Below are positions 19,309-30,665 of a DNA stretch of 64,000 nucleotides, piece after piece. Source of the DNA: Planctomycetota bacterium (GTDB lineage Bacteria > Planctomycetota > PLA2 > JAEUHO01). The notes beneath the pieces were generated by a model. That model was not told the origin of the DNA, made no database searches, and saw only the letters and a list, made by a program, of their open reading frames with translations. The translations under genes and the position numbers were made by a program. Position 1 is the stretch's first letter, and every line of letters begins with the position of its first letter. Location: positions 544,001 through 608,000 of the forward strand of contig CBDCTJ010000007.1 of assembly GCA_965222115.1 (NCBI GenBank), in the 5' to 3' direction.

Positions 19309-21111
19309 GTGGCACGCGCAGTTGGACTGGATATCGGCTCGCACGCCGTCAAGGTGGTGGAGCTATCGGGCGGCGCGAAGACGTTTCGCATTCAGCGCGT
19401 CGCCATCCGTCCCATCCCCACCGCCGATGAACTAGCGGTCGCACCTCAAGAAGAAGGCGAAGAAGAGGAACTGGGCACCCCACGCGAGCGCGCCATTGTT
19501 GAGATTATTCGCGAAGTATTCAAAACGTTGGCGCTTCCGAAGGAAGACGCATGCGCCAGCTTCCCCTCGCGTGAAACGGTATTTCGTGAGCTGACAGTGC
19601 CGTTTACCGAAACCGACCAGATTCGAAAGGTCGTTAAGTACGAGGCGGAAAATCATCTTCACAGTCATTCGGTAGACGACGTGATTGTGAACTGGGTCAA
19701 GACGGGCGAAACCAAGGGCGGCAGTCGACTGACCATTTTCGCCTCGCCCAAAATGGACCTGGCACAACACATTGCACTCATGCGTCGCGCCGGTGTGGAT
19801 CCCGCCGCTGTCGATCTCGATGTCACCGCGGTCTATACGTGTCTCGATGCGGCCGGGTTATTCGAACGCTACCCCAACTCCGTCGTGTTGGACGTGGGGG
19901 CCGCCACGTCGAACTTATTGATGGTGGTTGGCGGGCAACCACGCGTGATGCGCTCGTTTCGCCTGGGCGTGGGTGACTTGGAACGTTCGGTCGGTCGCGA
20001 CCTCGACGTGCCGGCACCCGATGCTCGCCAAGCGGTGTCGGCCCATCACGGCCCGCGCAAGGACGACCTGTTCGCACCTGCCACGCCCCACGCCGGGGAT
20101 GTTCCTGAGACGGAAATGACGGCGCGCGAACTTACGACCGCCGTCGTGCGCGATGGGCGCGGCACGTTTGTTGCGAAACTTCACCGCGAAGTCCTGCGCA
20201 CGTTGAGTGCTGTGCGCACCGAACAACCACCCGAGCAGGTATTGCTTGTTGGTGGCGGGAGTTTGATCCCGTCGGTCGCCGACGACCTCGCCACGCGCTT
20301 TGGCTTGCCGGTCGAACCTGTTGACCTGTTGCAGTTCATCGACTGCAAAGATCCCGGTGGCGATCCGCGTTACGTAGGTGCTGCCATTGCGCCTGCCGTG
20401 GGGTCGGCGCTGCGTCTACTGGGCCGCGATCCGCTAAACATCGAGTTGCTGCGTGAAGAGTTTGCGCCGCGCAACACATTCGATGTGATCAAGACCGCGC
20501 TTGCCACGTTGCTCACGCTGGGATTCGTATTGCTGGGCGTGCAAACGCTCAAGACCAAACAGGAACTCGCCGCCGCACGCGTGGAGTTTGGCGATCGCGC
20601 GCAGGTGGTGCGCCATGTGACCCGACAAGCGGAAGTGGCCTATCTCCGCGGGGTCGAAGACGAAGAACGCGTCGTGGCAGAAAAGAAGACCGATCGCTGG
20701 CTCAAGGGCCTTGGCAACTCGCCCCAGCGCATTTTACGCATGCGCTCACGGTTGCGGCAACGCCACGCCAAACTGGCCGGTGACCTGGGACTGGCGAAGA
20801 ACATTCCGCGACTCCCGAGTGCCAACAAAGTCATGCTGGAGGTCTACAAAGCACTCTCTAGCCGCCCGCGGGACGAGTTGAGCCCCTACTTTCAGATTCT
20901 CAAAATGAACATTACCGAGCAGCGACTCACGTTCGAAGTGGTCGTCGATAACAGCGACATTTTTGACACGGTCGCGAACTTGCTTCGCGAGAGCGCCTAC
21001 TTAAAAAGTCGCGCCAAGTTCCCCAACGATTTCGTTGGCGTCGGGGCGGTCAATCCCCACGAAGGGAACTACAAACAGTCCTTCGAAATCGTCTTTAAGA
21101 AGGAGGACTAG
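19309..21111 (+). CDS. PilM/GspL-like actin-fold protein fused to TM + PilN-like domain
   Basis: GGAGGA RBS; VGLDIGSHAVKVVEL, VVLDVGAATS and LLVGGGS motifs; INLL-like IELL, then TM and periplasmic region. Confidence 0.8.
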   Translation: MARAVGLDIGSHAVKVVELSGGAKTFRIQRVAIRPIPTADELAVAPQEEGEEEELGTPRERAIVEIIREVFKTLALPKEDACASFPSRETVFRELTVPFTETDQIRKVVKYEAENHLHSHSVDDVIVNWVKTGETKGGSRLTIFASPKMDLAQHIALMRRAGVDPAAVDLDVTAVYTCLDAAGLFERYPNSVVLDVGAATSNLLMVVGGQPRVMRSFRLGVGDLERSVGRDLDVPAPDARQAVSAHHGPRKDDLFAPATPHAGDVPETEMTARELTTAVVRDGRGTFVAKLHREVLRTLSAVRTEQPPEQVLLVGGGSLIPSVADDLATRFGLPVEPVDLLQFIDCKDPGGDPRYVGAAIAPAVGSALRLLGRDPLNIELLREEFAPRNTFDVIKTALATLLTLGFVLLGVQTLKTKQELAAARVEFGDRAQVVRHVTRQAEVAYLRGVEDEERVVAEKKTDRWLKGLGNSPQRILRMRSRLRQRHAKLAGDLGLAKNIPRLPSANKVMLEVYKALSSRPRDELSPYFQILKMNITEQRLTFEVVVDNSDIFDTVANLLRESAYLKSRAKFPNDFVGVGAVNPHEGNYKQSFEIVFKKED

Positions 21112-21113
21112 TC

Positions 21114-21743
21114 ATGGCGAAGAAAGCGGCCTCGTCCTCTGCCACGAGCGGTGATCCGCTCAAATACTTCTGCTTGGTATTCGCCATTCTGTTGGGCGTG
21201 ATTGGCTTTGTACTCTACAAGCTCAACAAGCAACTCGGCGAATTTCAAAAGAACACGGCCTACGCCGACAAGCTCTTGACCGGCAAAGGTCTGCCGCGCC
21301 CCCGTGAAGGCGATCCTCCGGGAAAGATTCATGATTTGGCGCTTGAGGTTGAACGCATGGTGCTGGGCCACTCGCAGGCCGTAGGGGGTAGCGGCGGAGG
21401 CCGTCAGGGGTTCATCGCAACGAAAACCATCAACGCCGCGGCGCGTCAAGCGGGAATCACCGGAACCATCCTGCCCAGGAAAGAAGATTCGGACCGCAAC
21501 GAGCTAAAGGGCTACATGTTGCGCTACAGGGGATTTACGATCCCAGGCACCAACATGCGCAACTTTGTGCGCTTTGTACAAAATGTGGAATCCAAGGGCC
21601 TCTACACGGTCTATCGGTTGAACTGGCAGCTTGAAACCAAGAAGCGAAACAGCGAACGGCCCTTTGATCGCATTACACGCGCCACGGGAATTCGCGTCGG
21701 GTTTCGTCAGCCGTACACGCCCAAACGCAAGCGCAATCGCTAA
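21114..21743 (+). CDS. PilO/GspM-like membrane-anchored protein
   Basis: N-terminal TM, coiled coil, MRNFVRFVQNVE segment; directly follows the PilMN-like gene. Confidence 0.5.
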   Translation: MAKKAASSSATSGDPLKYFCLVFAILLGVIGFVLYKLNKQLGEFQKNTAYADKLLTGKGLPRPREGDPPGKIHDLALEVERMVLGHSQAVGGSGGGRQGFIATKTINAAARQAGITGTILPRKEDSDRNELKGYMLRYRGFTIPGTNMRNFVRFVQNVESKGLYTVYRLNWQLETKKRNSERPFDRITRATGIRVGFRQPYTPKRKRNR

Positions 21744-21755
21744 CGCGGATGGACG

Positions 21756-24700
21756 TTACACGTGGCTCGGCGTTGCAAGCGCGTGCTGATCTTGCAGCGC
21801 ATGAACTTCCAGTGCATCGCGTTGGTAGGCTTCCACCGCCTTCACAAGTGCGCGCGCACCCGAAATCGTCGTAATGCACGGAATATTGAGCACCGCTGCA
21901 GCGCCGCGAATCTTGCCCTCGTCGGTACGCGCGCCGCGACCGCTGGGCGTATTGATGATTAGGTCCACTTGGCGGTTCTTGACAACGTCCAAGACGTTGG
22001 GCCGCGCGCCATCGGCGATCTTGAAGATCTTCTCGCACTGAACGCCTGAGCGCGCCAAGATGCGATGGGTGCCCGCCGTGGCCACCAACACGTAGCCGAG
22101 CGTGGCCAAGCGGCGCGCGAGATCAATCACGCCACGTTTGTCGGCGTCTTTGACCGACACAAAGATCTTGCCCGTCTTGGGCAGCCGTAAGAACGCACCC
22201 AACTTGGCTTTGGCAAAGGCAGCGCCCAAATCGGGATCCACACCCATCACCTCGCCCGTGCTGCGCATTTCCGGCCCAAGAATAATGTCGGTGCCTGGAA
22301 AGCGGTTGAAGGGAAACACGGGCTCCTTAACCGAATAGTACGGCGGCACGACTTCTTCGGGGACGCCGAGTTCCGTGAGCGATTCGCCGGCCATGACGCG
22401 TGCGGCGAACCGTGCCAGCGGGACACCCGTGGCCTTCGACACGAATGGCGTGGTGCGGCTGGCGCGCGGATTGACCTCGATTAAATACACGCGCTCGCCT
22501 TTGACCGCGTACTGCACATTCATCAAACCAACAACGCCAAGCGCCGCGGCCAACGTAGCGGTGCTCTGGCGAATCTCCTCCAACACCGGCTCGGTCAAGC
22601 TAAACGACGGCAATGTGCACGTGCTATCCCCCGAATGCACACCGCACTCTTCAATGTGTTCCATGATGCCGCCGATAATGCAGCGCGTGCCGTCGGCCAC
22701 AGCGTCAACATCGACTTCCACCGCGTCTTCAAGGAAGCGGTCCACAAGAATCGGCTTCTCGGGAGACGCTTCTACCGCTTCGTCGATATAACGCCGAAGC
22801 GCATCGTCGTCGTACACGATCTCCATGGCGCGGCCGCCCAGCACATAACTGGGACGTACCAACACCGGATATCCAATGTCGTGGGCAATCGCCACCGCCT
22901 CGTCGTAGGACGTGGCTGTGCCGTTCTCCGTTTGCAGCAAGTTATTCTCTTCAACAAGTGCTTTGAATCGTGCCCGGTCGTCGGCTAGATCAATGGCTTC
23001 GGGCGATGTGCCAATAATGGGAGCACCCGCAGCTTCCAAGGTGCGCGCCAAGTTGAGCGGCGTTTGCCCGCCGTAGTGCACGATCACGCCTTTGGGCGCC
23101 GTGGCTTCAACGATATCGAGCACATGCTCGGCGGTGAGCGGTTCAAAGAACAAGAGATCGCTTGTGTCGTAGTCGGTGGAGACCGTCTCGGGATTGGAGT
23201 TGACCATGATGGTCTCGTAGCCCCGCTTCGCCCAGGGCATAGGCAGGCCTGCACGCAACAGTAGTCAAATTCAATGCCCTGGCCAATGCGATTGGGGCCG
23301 CCACCAAGAATCATAATGCGTTCGCGTGTGGCGCCGCGCAACTCATCTTCTTCGTCGTAGGCCGAGTAGTAATAGGGCGTGGCTGCTTCAAACTCGCCCG
23401 CGCACGTATCCACAAGTTTGAATACTGGGCGAATACCGCGACGAATGCGCTCGGCACGCACTGCCATCTCATCCACACCCACCATCTGGCCAATCTGATG
23501 GTCGGAAAAGCCCTCTTGTTTGGCCCGTCGCAACGTGGCGTCGTCGATGGCGTGGAGGCTTCCGAGCGCGCGCAGTTCGCGCTCGCGTTCCACCAGCAAC
23601 ATGAACTGTCGGAGGAACCACGGATCCATGCGCGTGTGCGATTGGAGGCTCTCCATCGTCCACCCATCGCGAATCGCTTGGCGCAGATGAAACATGCGCT
23701 GGGGGCCAGGTGTTTGCAAACGACGGCGAATCTCTTCTTTGTCGAGCGGAACGCGGGCGACTTCTTTGGCGTCACAACCAAAGCCAAAGCGACTGGTCTC
23801 CAAGCTGCGTAGCGCCTTCTGAAAACTCTCGCGGAAGGTGCGGCCCATCGCCATGGCTTCGCCCACGCTCTTCATCTGCGTGGGTGAGCTTGGGGGAGGC
23901 CTCGGGAAACTTCTCGAAGTTGAAGCGCGGAATCTTGGTGACCACGTAGTCGATGGTGGGCTCGAAACACGCCTTGGTCTTCTTCGTAATGTCGTTGGCC
24001 AACTCGTCGAGGGAGTAACCCACGGCCAACTTGGCCGCAATCTTGGCAATCGGAAACCCGGTCGCCTTGCTGGCCAAGGCCGAAGAACGCGACACGCGCG
24101 GATTCATTTCAATCACCACCAGCCGGCCGCTGTCGGGATCGGTCGCAAACTGAATGTTGCTGCCGCCGGTTTCAACGCCAATCTCGCGAATCACACGCAG
24201 CGCGGCGTCGCGCATTCGTTGATACTCGCGGTCGGTGAGTGTTTGCGCGGGCGCCACGGTAATCGAATCCCCCGTGTGCACGCCCATGGGATCAATGTTC
24301 TCAATGCTGCAAATGATGACGACGTTGTCGGCCACGTCGCGCATGACCCTCGAGTTCAAACTCTTTCCACCCAACCACGCTCTCTTCAATGAGCACCTCG
24401 GAGGTGGGTGAGAGATCCAATCCCCGGCGGCAGATCTCATGGAACTCGTCGACGTTCCAAGCAATCCCGCCGCCGGTACCGCCCATGGTGAACGACGGTC
24501 GAATCACACACGGCAACCCGATTTCATCGCGCGCAACCAACGCGTCTTCAAATGTCTGCACGGTGCGACTGCGCGGCACATCGAGACCGATCTTCATCAT
24601 GGCCGCGCGGAATTCTTCGCGGTTCTCAGCTTTGCGAATGACATCAGGGCGCGCGCCCAAAATGGTGACGCCGTGTTCTTCAAGCGTGCCGCGACGATGA

Positions 24701-25005
24701 AGTTCCATTGCCACGTTGAGCCCGGTTTGACCGCCCATTGTGGGCAACAACGCATCGGGCTTTTCTTTCGCAATCACGCGTTCCACAACGTCCGCCGTAA
24801 CCGGTTCGATATAGGTGCGGTCGGCCATCTCCGGATCGGTCATAATGGTGGCGGGATTTGAGTTAACGAGCACAACCTCAAAGCCCTCTTCGCGCAGTGC
24901 TTTGCACGCCTGCGTACCCGAGTAATCAAACTCGGCCGCCTGGCCAATGACGATGGGGCCCGACCCCAGAATCAGGATGCGGTGAATGTCATTACGACGT
25001 GGCAT
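21756..25005 (-). CDS. carB: Carbamoyl-phosphate synthase large subunit, broken by four +1 frameshifts (sequence error or pseudogene)
   Basis: [57 protein letters not shown] and MGS domain spread over four ORFs; extra bases near 24348, 23883, 23242 and 23222. Confidence 0.93.
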
Positions 25006-25207
25006 GGGGTCTCCGAATGGCCCGTGGAAGATACTCGCCCGCCTCCACGCTCGCCTCCCTCGGGAGGAGTCCTCCATACGCGTAGCCGAATGAGAATGGG
25101 GCGCGGTTGCGGCACCGGAGGTGGGCATTTTGGGCAGGGCACGCGCGACGGTCGCTACTATGCGTTTTCTCGCCTCGCCGCGGCGGCCGAGGCCAAAGGA
25201 GCGTCCC

Positions 25208-25897
25208 ATGGCCGAGTCCAAACCCGCCAGCACCCCCACGCCATCGAGCGGCGAGTCCACCTATACGCACGACCGCGTCGTGGTGCGGGCCTACCCCAAG
25301 ATCATCTTCTTCTGGATGACGTGGCTGGCCTCCCTAGTGTGCGGCATCATCGCCAACAGCAGCGAGGACTGGGGCGGTGAGCACTTGGGCACCGTGTGGC
25401 TCTGCATCTTCGCCTTCAACTTGATCGTGATCGCCTTTGACTTTACTGAGGTTGTGTCGCTGATGGTTTTGGCCATCCTGGGTCTGCTGGTGTTTGCGGG
25501 CCTCTACTTCGGCTGGCTGCCCTTCATTGGCGACTTCTTTAGTACCCTCCACGCCAAGATGAATCCGGCATATTACTTCGCTGTGTTTGGCACGTTCACG
25601 GTCATCTACCTGTTCATGTTCATCAAGACGCGCTTTGACTATTGGGAGTTTCGCCATAACGAGGTGATTCATCGCTGCGGTGTATTCGCAGACATCAAGC
25701 GCTACAGCACCGAGGACTTGCGCTGGTTCAAAGAGATCCCCGACGTCTTGGAACGCTTCATCTGCGGTAGCGGGCGCATGATTATCACCACGCCGCGTGA
25801 GCAACACCCCATCGTCATTCAACACGTGCTGCGCATCAACAGCATCGACGAGCGCGTGGCCGACATCCTCGGCAAGAAGCTCGTAACGATCGGCTAG
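25208..25897 (+). CDS. Membrane protein with C-terminal bPH-like domain
   Basis: AAGGAG RBS; four TM segments then a soluble beta domain ([18 protein letters not shown]). Confidence 0.75.
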   Translation: MAESKPASTPTPSSGESTYTHDRVVVRAYPKIIFFWMTWLASLVCGIIANSSEDWGGEHLGTVWLCIFAFNLIVIAFDFTEVVSLMVLAILGLLVFAGLYFGWLPFIGDFFSTLHAKMNPAYYFAVFGTFTVIYLFMFIKTRFDYWEFRHNEVIHRCGVFADIKRYSTEDLRWFKEIPDVLERFICGSGRMIITTPREQHPIVIQHVLRINSIDERVADILGKKLVTIG

Positions 25898-25941
25898 TCC
25901 GGGCTTGTTCCCGAGCTCGTCGGTAGAATATCGCGCGGGGA

Positions 25942-27282
25942 CTACTCGGCTTCGAGTTCCCCGTGCTGAATGCCGCGCCAACTGGTGTCTTTGACCCACA
26001 CCTTGACGACGTCACCGGGCTTGACGTTTTGCAGGAAGAGCAGGAGATCTTCGGAATTCTTGATCGACCACGGACCCAGGCCCACGACGATGTGATTCTT
26101 ACGAAGGCCCATCTCATCGCTGGGCCCTCCGGAACGCACCTCCGTAACCAGCACGCCGTCAAAGGCATCGGTATCGGCAGCCACAAAACCCAAGTGCTGG
26201 CTGCTGAGGGTGTTGGTGGGCAACGACTTGAGCGGCACCCGCACTTGATAGCGCTCTTGGCTCCCTGCGCGCGCCATGTCAAAGGTGGCGGGCTGACCGC
26301 TGCCCACGCGCACGAGTTCCATGCGCACATCGAAGAGCGTTTGGGTGGGCCGTCCGTTCACCGCCACGACGCGATCCCTTGTCCGTAGCGCCGTTTTACG
26401 CGCCGGACCGGTTGGATAAATGTGTTTGATGATGCCCGCTGCACCCCGGCCGGCTTGTAGTTCCAAGCCGAACCACTCGCTAGAAATCAACCGACGCTTA
26501 AAGGCACGCGCAATGAGATCCCGCACGCGCGCCGCGGGAATCGCAAAGCCTATCCCCTCAGCGTTGGTACGCACGCGGTTGTAAATGGCCGTGTTCACCG
26601 CCACCCAACGACCCGTCACATCGAGGAGCGGTCCGCCTGAGTTTCCGGGATTGATGGCGGCGTCGAGTTGCAGAAAATCGCGAAACTCATCGGAGTGCAT
26701 CTTCAGCTTGCGATGCGTGCCACTGACGATGCCCTGTGTGACGGTGAGGCCCAAACGAAATGGATGGCCCATCGCAATCACGGTTTCGCCCAGCATCAAG
26801 TCGTCATTGCGCGCTAGACGCAAGTAGGGATAGGTCGGTCGCGGCCCGCGATCGGGCGGGAGCAATCGCAAAATGGCGAGGTCGTTTTGTAGGTCAACGG
26901 CCAGGGGTACCCCCACCCGTTCGACCGAGGGCGTTCCCCTTTGCTTGTCGGCGGGGATCGCCACAAAGATACGGCTCGCTTGGGCAATGACGTGCGCGTT
27001 GGTAATCACAAAACCGTCCGGGTGAAAGATCACGCCCGAACCCAAACCGCCCGCACGCTCCAAGGGCTCGCGGTCCAAGAAGCCATACCACCCGCGATGA
27101 ACCTTTCGATTGGTTCGAATCGACACGACCGCGCTGCGAGTGCGTTCCACGGCTTTTACAATGCTCGAACGGCGCAGGGCCAACGCGTCCTTCGCGCATG
27201 CTGTCGGTGCGAAGGCGACCGATGCCGCGGATACGAGCAGAAAACAAACAAAGCGAAGCGAAACGTGTGTCATGGCATCCAC
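25942..27282 (-). CDS. htrA: HtrA/DegP-family serine protease with two PDZ domains
   Basis: GSGVIF..ITNAHV, DLAIL and DAAINPGNSGGPL motifs; two PDZ-like repeats. Confidence 0.9.
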   Translation of the reverse strand: MDAMTHVSLRFVCFLLVSAASVAFAPTACAKDALALRRSSIVKAVERTRSAVVSIRTNRKVHRGWYGFLDREPLERAGGLGSGVIFHPDGFVITNAHVIAQASRIFVAIPADKQRGTPSVERVGVPLAVDLQNDLAILRLLPPDRGPRPTYPYLRLARNDDLMLGETVIAMGHPFRLGLTVTQGIVSGTHRKLKMHSDEFRDFLQLDAAINPGNSGGPLLDVTGRWVAVNTAIYNRVRTNAEGIGFAIPAARVRDLIARAFKRRLISSEWFGLELQAGRGAAGIIKHIYPTGPARKTALRTRDRVVAVNGRPTQTLFDVRMELVRVGSGQPATFDMARAGSQERYQVRVPLKSLPTNTLSSQHLGFVAADTDAFDGVLVTEVRSGGPSDEMGLRKNHIVVGLGPWSIKNSEDLLLFLQNVKPGDVVKVWVKDTSWRGIQHGELEAE

Positions 27283-27389
27283 CTTACGGAGCCGCGCGGC
27301 CTGTGTTGGTCTGATTTGCGCATGATCAAAGACGAATCCACGTTGCGAGATTCGGCGCCGACCGCGCCCTGCGTAGGATCTACGACGCC

Positions 27390-28319
27390 ATGAGCCCCCA
27401 CGCCCATCACGAACCGACTTCGCCTCGCAGCGCGGCCTACCCCACAGACTTGTTCGATGCCATTGCAGCCGTACGAAAGACCGGTGAGCCCGCGGTGCTC
27501 GCCACCGTGGTGGCCACCCGTGGAAGCACGCCCGGCAAAGAGACCATGCGACTGCTTGTCTTTGAAGACGGCTCCACGCTCGGCACGGTCGGCGGCGGTT
27601 GCGTGGAAGCCGATGTCGTGGCCGCCGCGCTGGACGCGCTCGACGGGTGCACCCCCTCGCGACACACGTTTCGCCTCACCGAGAATGCAACCGGCGCGTC
27701 CGGTCTCATGTGCGGTGGCGAGTTGGACGTGTTGGTGGAGCCCATTGGTGTGGCGGTGCTCTTTGTCTTTGGCGCCGGCCACATCAGCAAGGACCTCGTT
27801 GCCATTGCCGCGCGCGCGGGATTTCGCGTAACGGTGCTCGATGACCGCGCCCTGTTTGCCAACACCGAACGCTTCCCGAGCGCCCATCGCGTGATTGCCG
27901 GCGACTCCTTTGACGCGTGCTTTCAAGAAGCTCGTGTGCATGCCAATGCGTACTGCGTAGTCGTCACGCGCGGGCATGCGTTTGATTTGGAATGTACACG
28001 CTACGCACTTTCCTGCGGCGCGCCGTATGTGGGCGTCATTGGCAGCAAGACGAAGATTACGAAAATCGTACGCACGCTCAATGAGGAAGGCGTGCTCACA
28101 AGCGACAATCGGGCAACGCTACACGCGCCCATTGGTCTGGATCTGGGCGGACCCACGCACGGCGAAATCGCCGTGGCCATTGTCGCTGAGTTGATTGCGC
28201 ATCGCCGCGGCACCACGGCATCCCATGCGCTCAAACGACTGGACGTGGGAAGGCTCTTACGCAACGCCACGCCCGCCGCCGCGCCACCCAATGCGCCATC
28301 GTCCAAAGGCAGCGTATGA
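27390..28319 (+). CDS. xdhC: XdhC/CoxI family accessory protein
   Basis: GSTPGK, GTVGGGCVE, MCGG, FGAGH, YVGVIGSK and APIGLDLG..EIAVAIVAE motifs. Confidence 0.92.
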   Translation: MSPHAHHEPTSPRSAAYPTDLFDAIAAVRKTGEPAVLATVVATRGSTPGKETMRLLVFEDGSTLGTVGGGCVEADVVAAALDALDGCTPSRHTFRLTENATGASGLMCGGELDVLVEPIGVAVLFVFGAGHISKDLVAIAARAGFRVTVLDDRALFANTERFPSAHRVIAGDSFDACFQEARVHANAYCVVVTRGHAFDLECTRYALSCGAPYVGVIGSKTKITKIVRTLNEEGVLTSDNRATLHAPIGLDLGGPTHGEIAVAIVAELIAHRRGTTASHALKRLDVGRLLRNATPAAAPPNAPSSKGSV

Positions 28320-29149
28320 CCAGTCCACTGGCGGCCCTACGAGGCATGGTGGATGATATGCGCGGCGTGCATCGTGCCGTGTGGGCAGTACTCATCACGG
28401 TACCCATTGTACTCACGCTGCTTGAATACTACGGCATGCCCTGGCACTACCGGCGTCATGTGGAAGTGCGCTCGCGCGTAGAACGTGGGCTTACAGTAAA
28501 CGCGCCACGCAATCCGCCACTTGTAGAGACGCTCGGCGGTATCGACCTGCCCAAACCACCGTGGATGAAACCGCATCATTGGAAACGCGTTCAGCCGTTT
28601 GCCTGGTGGAGCCTCTTGACGATCGCATTATTGATCATCGTGCCGCTGTTCGTGGGGCGCTTTGTCGGCGGCCTACGCCCACGGGACCTCGGACTGAAAC
28701 TCAAAGGGACCGGATCGGAAGCGTGGACGTACCTTGCGATCTTTTTGGTGTTCTTGCCCGTCGTGGTGTGGATCTCACACAACCCCAGTTTTCAACGTAC
28801 GTACCCATTCTTTCGACCTCGTGCGGGCGAAGCACTCACCGACGCGTTCCTTACATTTGAGGTGTTTTACTTCCTTCAATTCCTGGCGATTGAGTTCTTC
28901 TTTCGCGGCTTCATGGTGCTGGGCCTCAAGCCGCATATCGGTCGCGCGTCGATCGCGGTCATGCTGGCGCCGTACTGCATGATTCACTACTACAAACCAT
29001 TGCCCGAAGCCTTAGGGGCCATTGGCGCCGGGCTCGTTCTCGGCAGCCTGAGTTATCGCTCGGGTACGGTGCTCTATGGTTGGTGGCTGCACTTTGGCGT
29101 TGCGTTATCGATGGACTTGCTGGCATCGCACCATATGGGGCTCCTGTAA
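28316..29149 (+). CDS. CPBP (CAAX/Abi) intramembrane glutamic protease
   Basis: EFFFRG, YCMIHYYKP and WWLH motifs; multiple TM segments. Confidence 0.88.
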   Translation: MTSPLAALRGMVDDMRGVHRAVWAVLITVPIVLTLLEYYGMPWHYRRHVEVRSRVERGLTVNAPRNPPLVETLGGIDLPKPPWMKPHHWKRVQPFAWWSLLTIALLIIVPLFVGRFVGGLRPRDLGLKLKGTGSEAWTYLAIFLVFLPVVVWISHNPSFQRTYPFFRPRAGEALTDAFLTFEVFYFLQFLAIEFFFRGFMVLGLKPHIGRASIAVMLAPYCMIHYYKPLPEALGAIGAGLVLGSLSYRSGTVLYGWWLHFGVALSMDLLASHHMGLL

Positions 29150-29265
29150 GCACCTCGTTGTGCAGCCAATTGCCCGATTCGTTGCCTCGCGGGGCCAATT
29201 TGACCGTGCCAGAAGCGCTCGGTACCCTCGCCTCTGGCCTGTGCGCCAGCCCCCCGAGAGAATCC

Positions 29266-30612
29266 ATGAGTTCACATCCCCATTCAATTTTATGCAACGC
29301 GTTTGTACGCCGTTTGGTCGCCGGTACGGCACGCCTCGCCCCGGTGTTGGCGCTGGTGTGCGGGCTGGCGTGGAGCGCGCCAAGCGCACACGCCGACATT
29401 GTCATTTTGAGAGATGGAAAGGTGCTTCCCAACCGGCTGCAAGACAGGGTCAACTCCAACGAAACACCATCGGACCAGTTGCTGGAATCCAGCGGCAAGG
29501 GCAATCTCGAACTTCGCTACGACACGGTGAAGGTGGGCAAAGAGAGCGTGAGCGCATCGCTTGTCGTGGAACCCTACTCCACCATTGCGTACAAGAACCC
29601 GTTCTACGTCAACGCGGAGATCGCGGCAGGCCGCCGAGATTGGGTTGGCGCGGCGGAAGGATTCGGTCGTGCGGCCGACGAACTCACCGGCGCCGCCAAG
29701 CAGATCGCGCTCCATAAGCGCGTACTGTGCTACAAATTCGATGGCAACGTGGATCAGTGTTTCGACGCGATCCAGGCGCTCTTCACCGCGACGCCCAATA
29801 CCTATTACTTTGCAGAGATGGAAACACTGCGCGCGCGGTTGTTTATGATCAAGGGTAAGAAAAAAGACGCCAAAGCCGCGCTAGAGCGCATCGTAAACGC
29901 CAAGGGCATGAACGCGCGCGACTACTTCGACGCCAAGATCACGTTGATCGACTTCTTTATGATGGCGGGCGCGGGCAACAACAAGGCCGCCTACGCGAAG
30001 GCGGAGCAAGCGTATCGCGATGTCCTGAGCGAAATTCGAACGCGCCGTGGTGCCGACACGGAGGCCGCAACGCAACGGCTTCGTGCCAACGTGGGCGTTG
30101 CCAAGTGTCTTGTGCGCCAGGGCAAGCCCAGTGAGGCGCAGGACATATTCAAGAGCGTGATCGCCGACAAGAACTCAACTGGTCAAATCGAACTTTTGGC
30201 CTCGGCCTACTTGGGCCTTGGCGACACGCAGTACGCCACCGTACAGGCCAAGCTCAAAGGCGGGAACGTCGGAAACGACAAGGTTCCCGGTGTCGTCAAA
30301 GAACTGCACGAAGCCGCGAAAAACTACCTGCGCGTGGCGCGGTTCTATGGAAGCGACGCGGGCGATGAACTCACGCCATCCATGCTTAACTGTGCGCGCG
30401 TTTGGGCCACCATCTTTACGCTCGAAGGCGAACAGGATTTGGACCTAGGCATCGAAGCCCAGCGCATGTTCTTGGAAGCGCACCGTCGCATGCCACGCGG
30501 GGAAGAACGCCGCGTGCTCACCACCGAAATTAAAGAGTTCATGGCGAAAGTCGATGTGCTTGAAGAGCGGGCAAAGACCGCCAGTGCAACCGGGAAGGAC
30601 AAACCCAAGTAA
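29266..30612 (+). CDS. Exported TPR-like protein
   Basis: Signal peptide ..AHA-DIVILRDG; TPR-like helical pairs (AYLGLGD, NYLRV). Confidence 0.75.
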   Translation: MSSHPHSILCNAFVRRLVAGTARLAPVLALVCGLAWSAPSAHADIVILRDGKVLPNRLQDRVNSNETPSDQLLESSGKGNLELRYDTVKVGKESVSASLVVEPYSTIAYKNPFYVNAEIAAGRRDWVGAAEGFGRAADELTGAAKQIALHKRVLCYKFDGNVDQCFDAIQALFTATPNTYYFAEMETLRARLFMIKGKKKDAKAALERIVNAKGMNARDYFDAKITLIDFFMMAGAGNNKAAYAKAEQAYRDVLSEIRTRRGADTEAATQRLRANVGVAKCLVRQGKPSEAQDIFKSVIADKNSTGQIELLASAYLGLGDTQYATVQAKLKGGNVGNDKVPGVVKELHEAAKNYLRVARFYGSDAGDELTPSMLNCARVWATIFTLEGEQDLDLGIEAQRMFLEAHRRMPRGEERRVLTTEIKEFMAKVDVLEERAKTASATGKDKPK

Positions 30613-30665
30613 TGCACGCTCTCAAGATCGCGCCTTGCCTGGGCCACTGAACCACCTTACGCGCC

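Noticed and set aside
23215-24355. Programmed ribosomal frameshifting in carB
   Set aside because: Four successive shifts with no slippery heptamers; homopolymer-type error is far more plausible.
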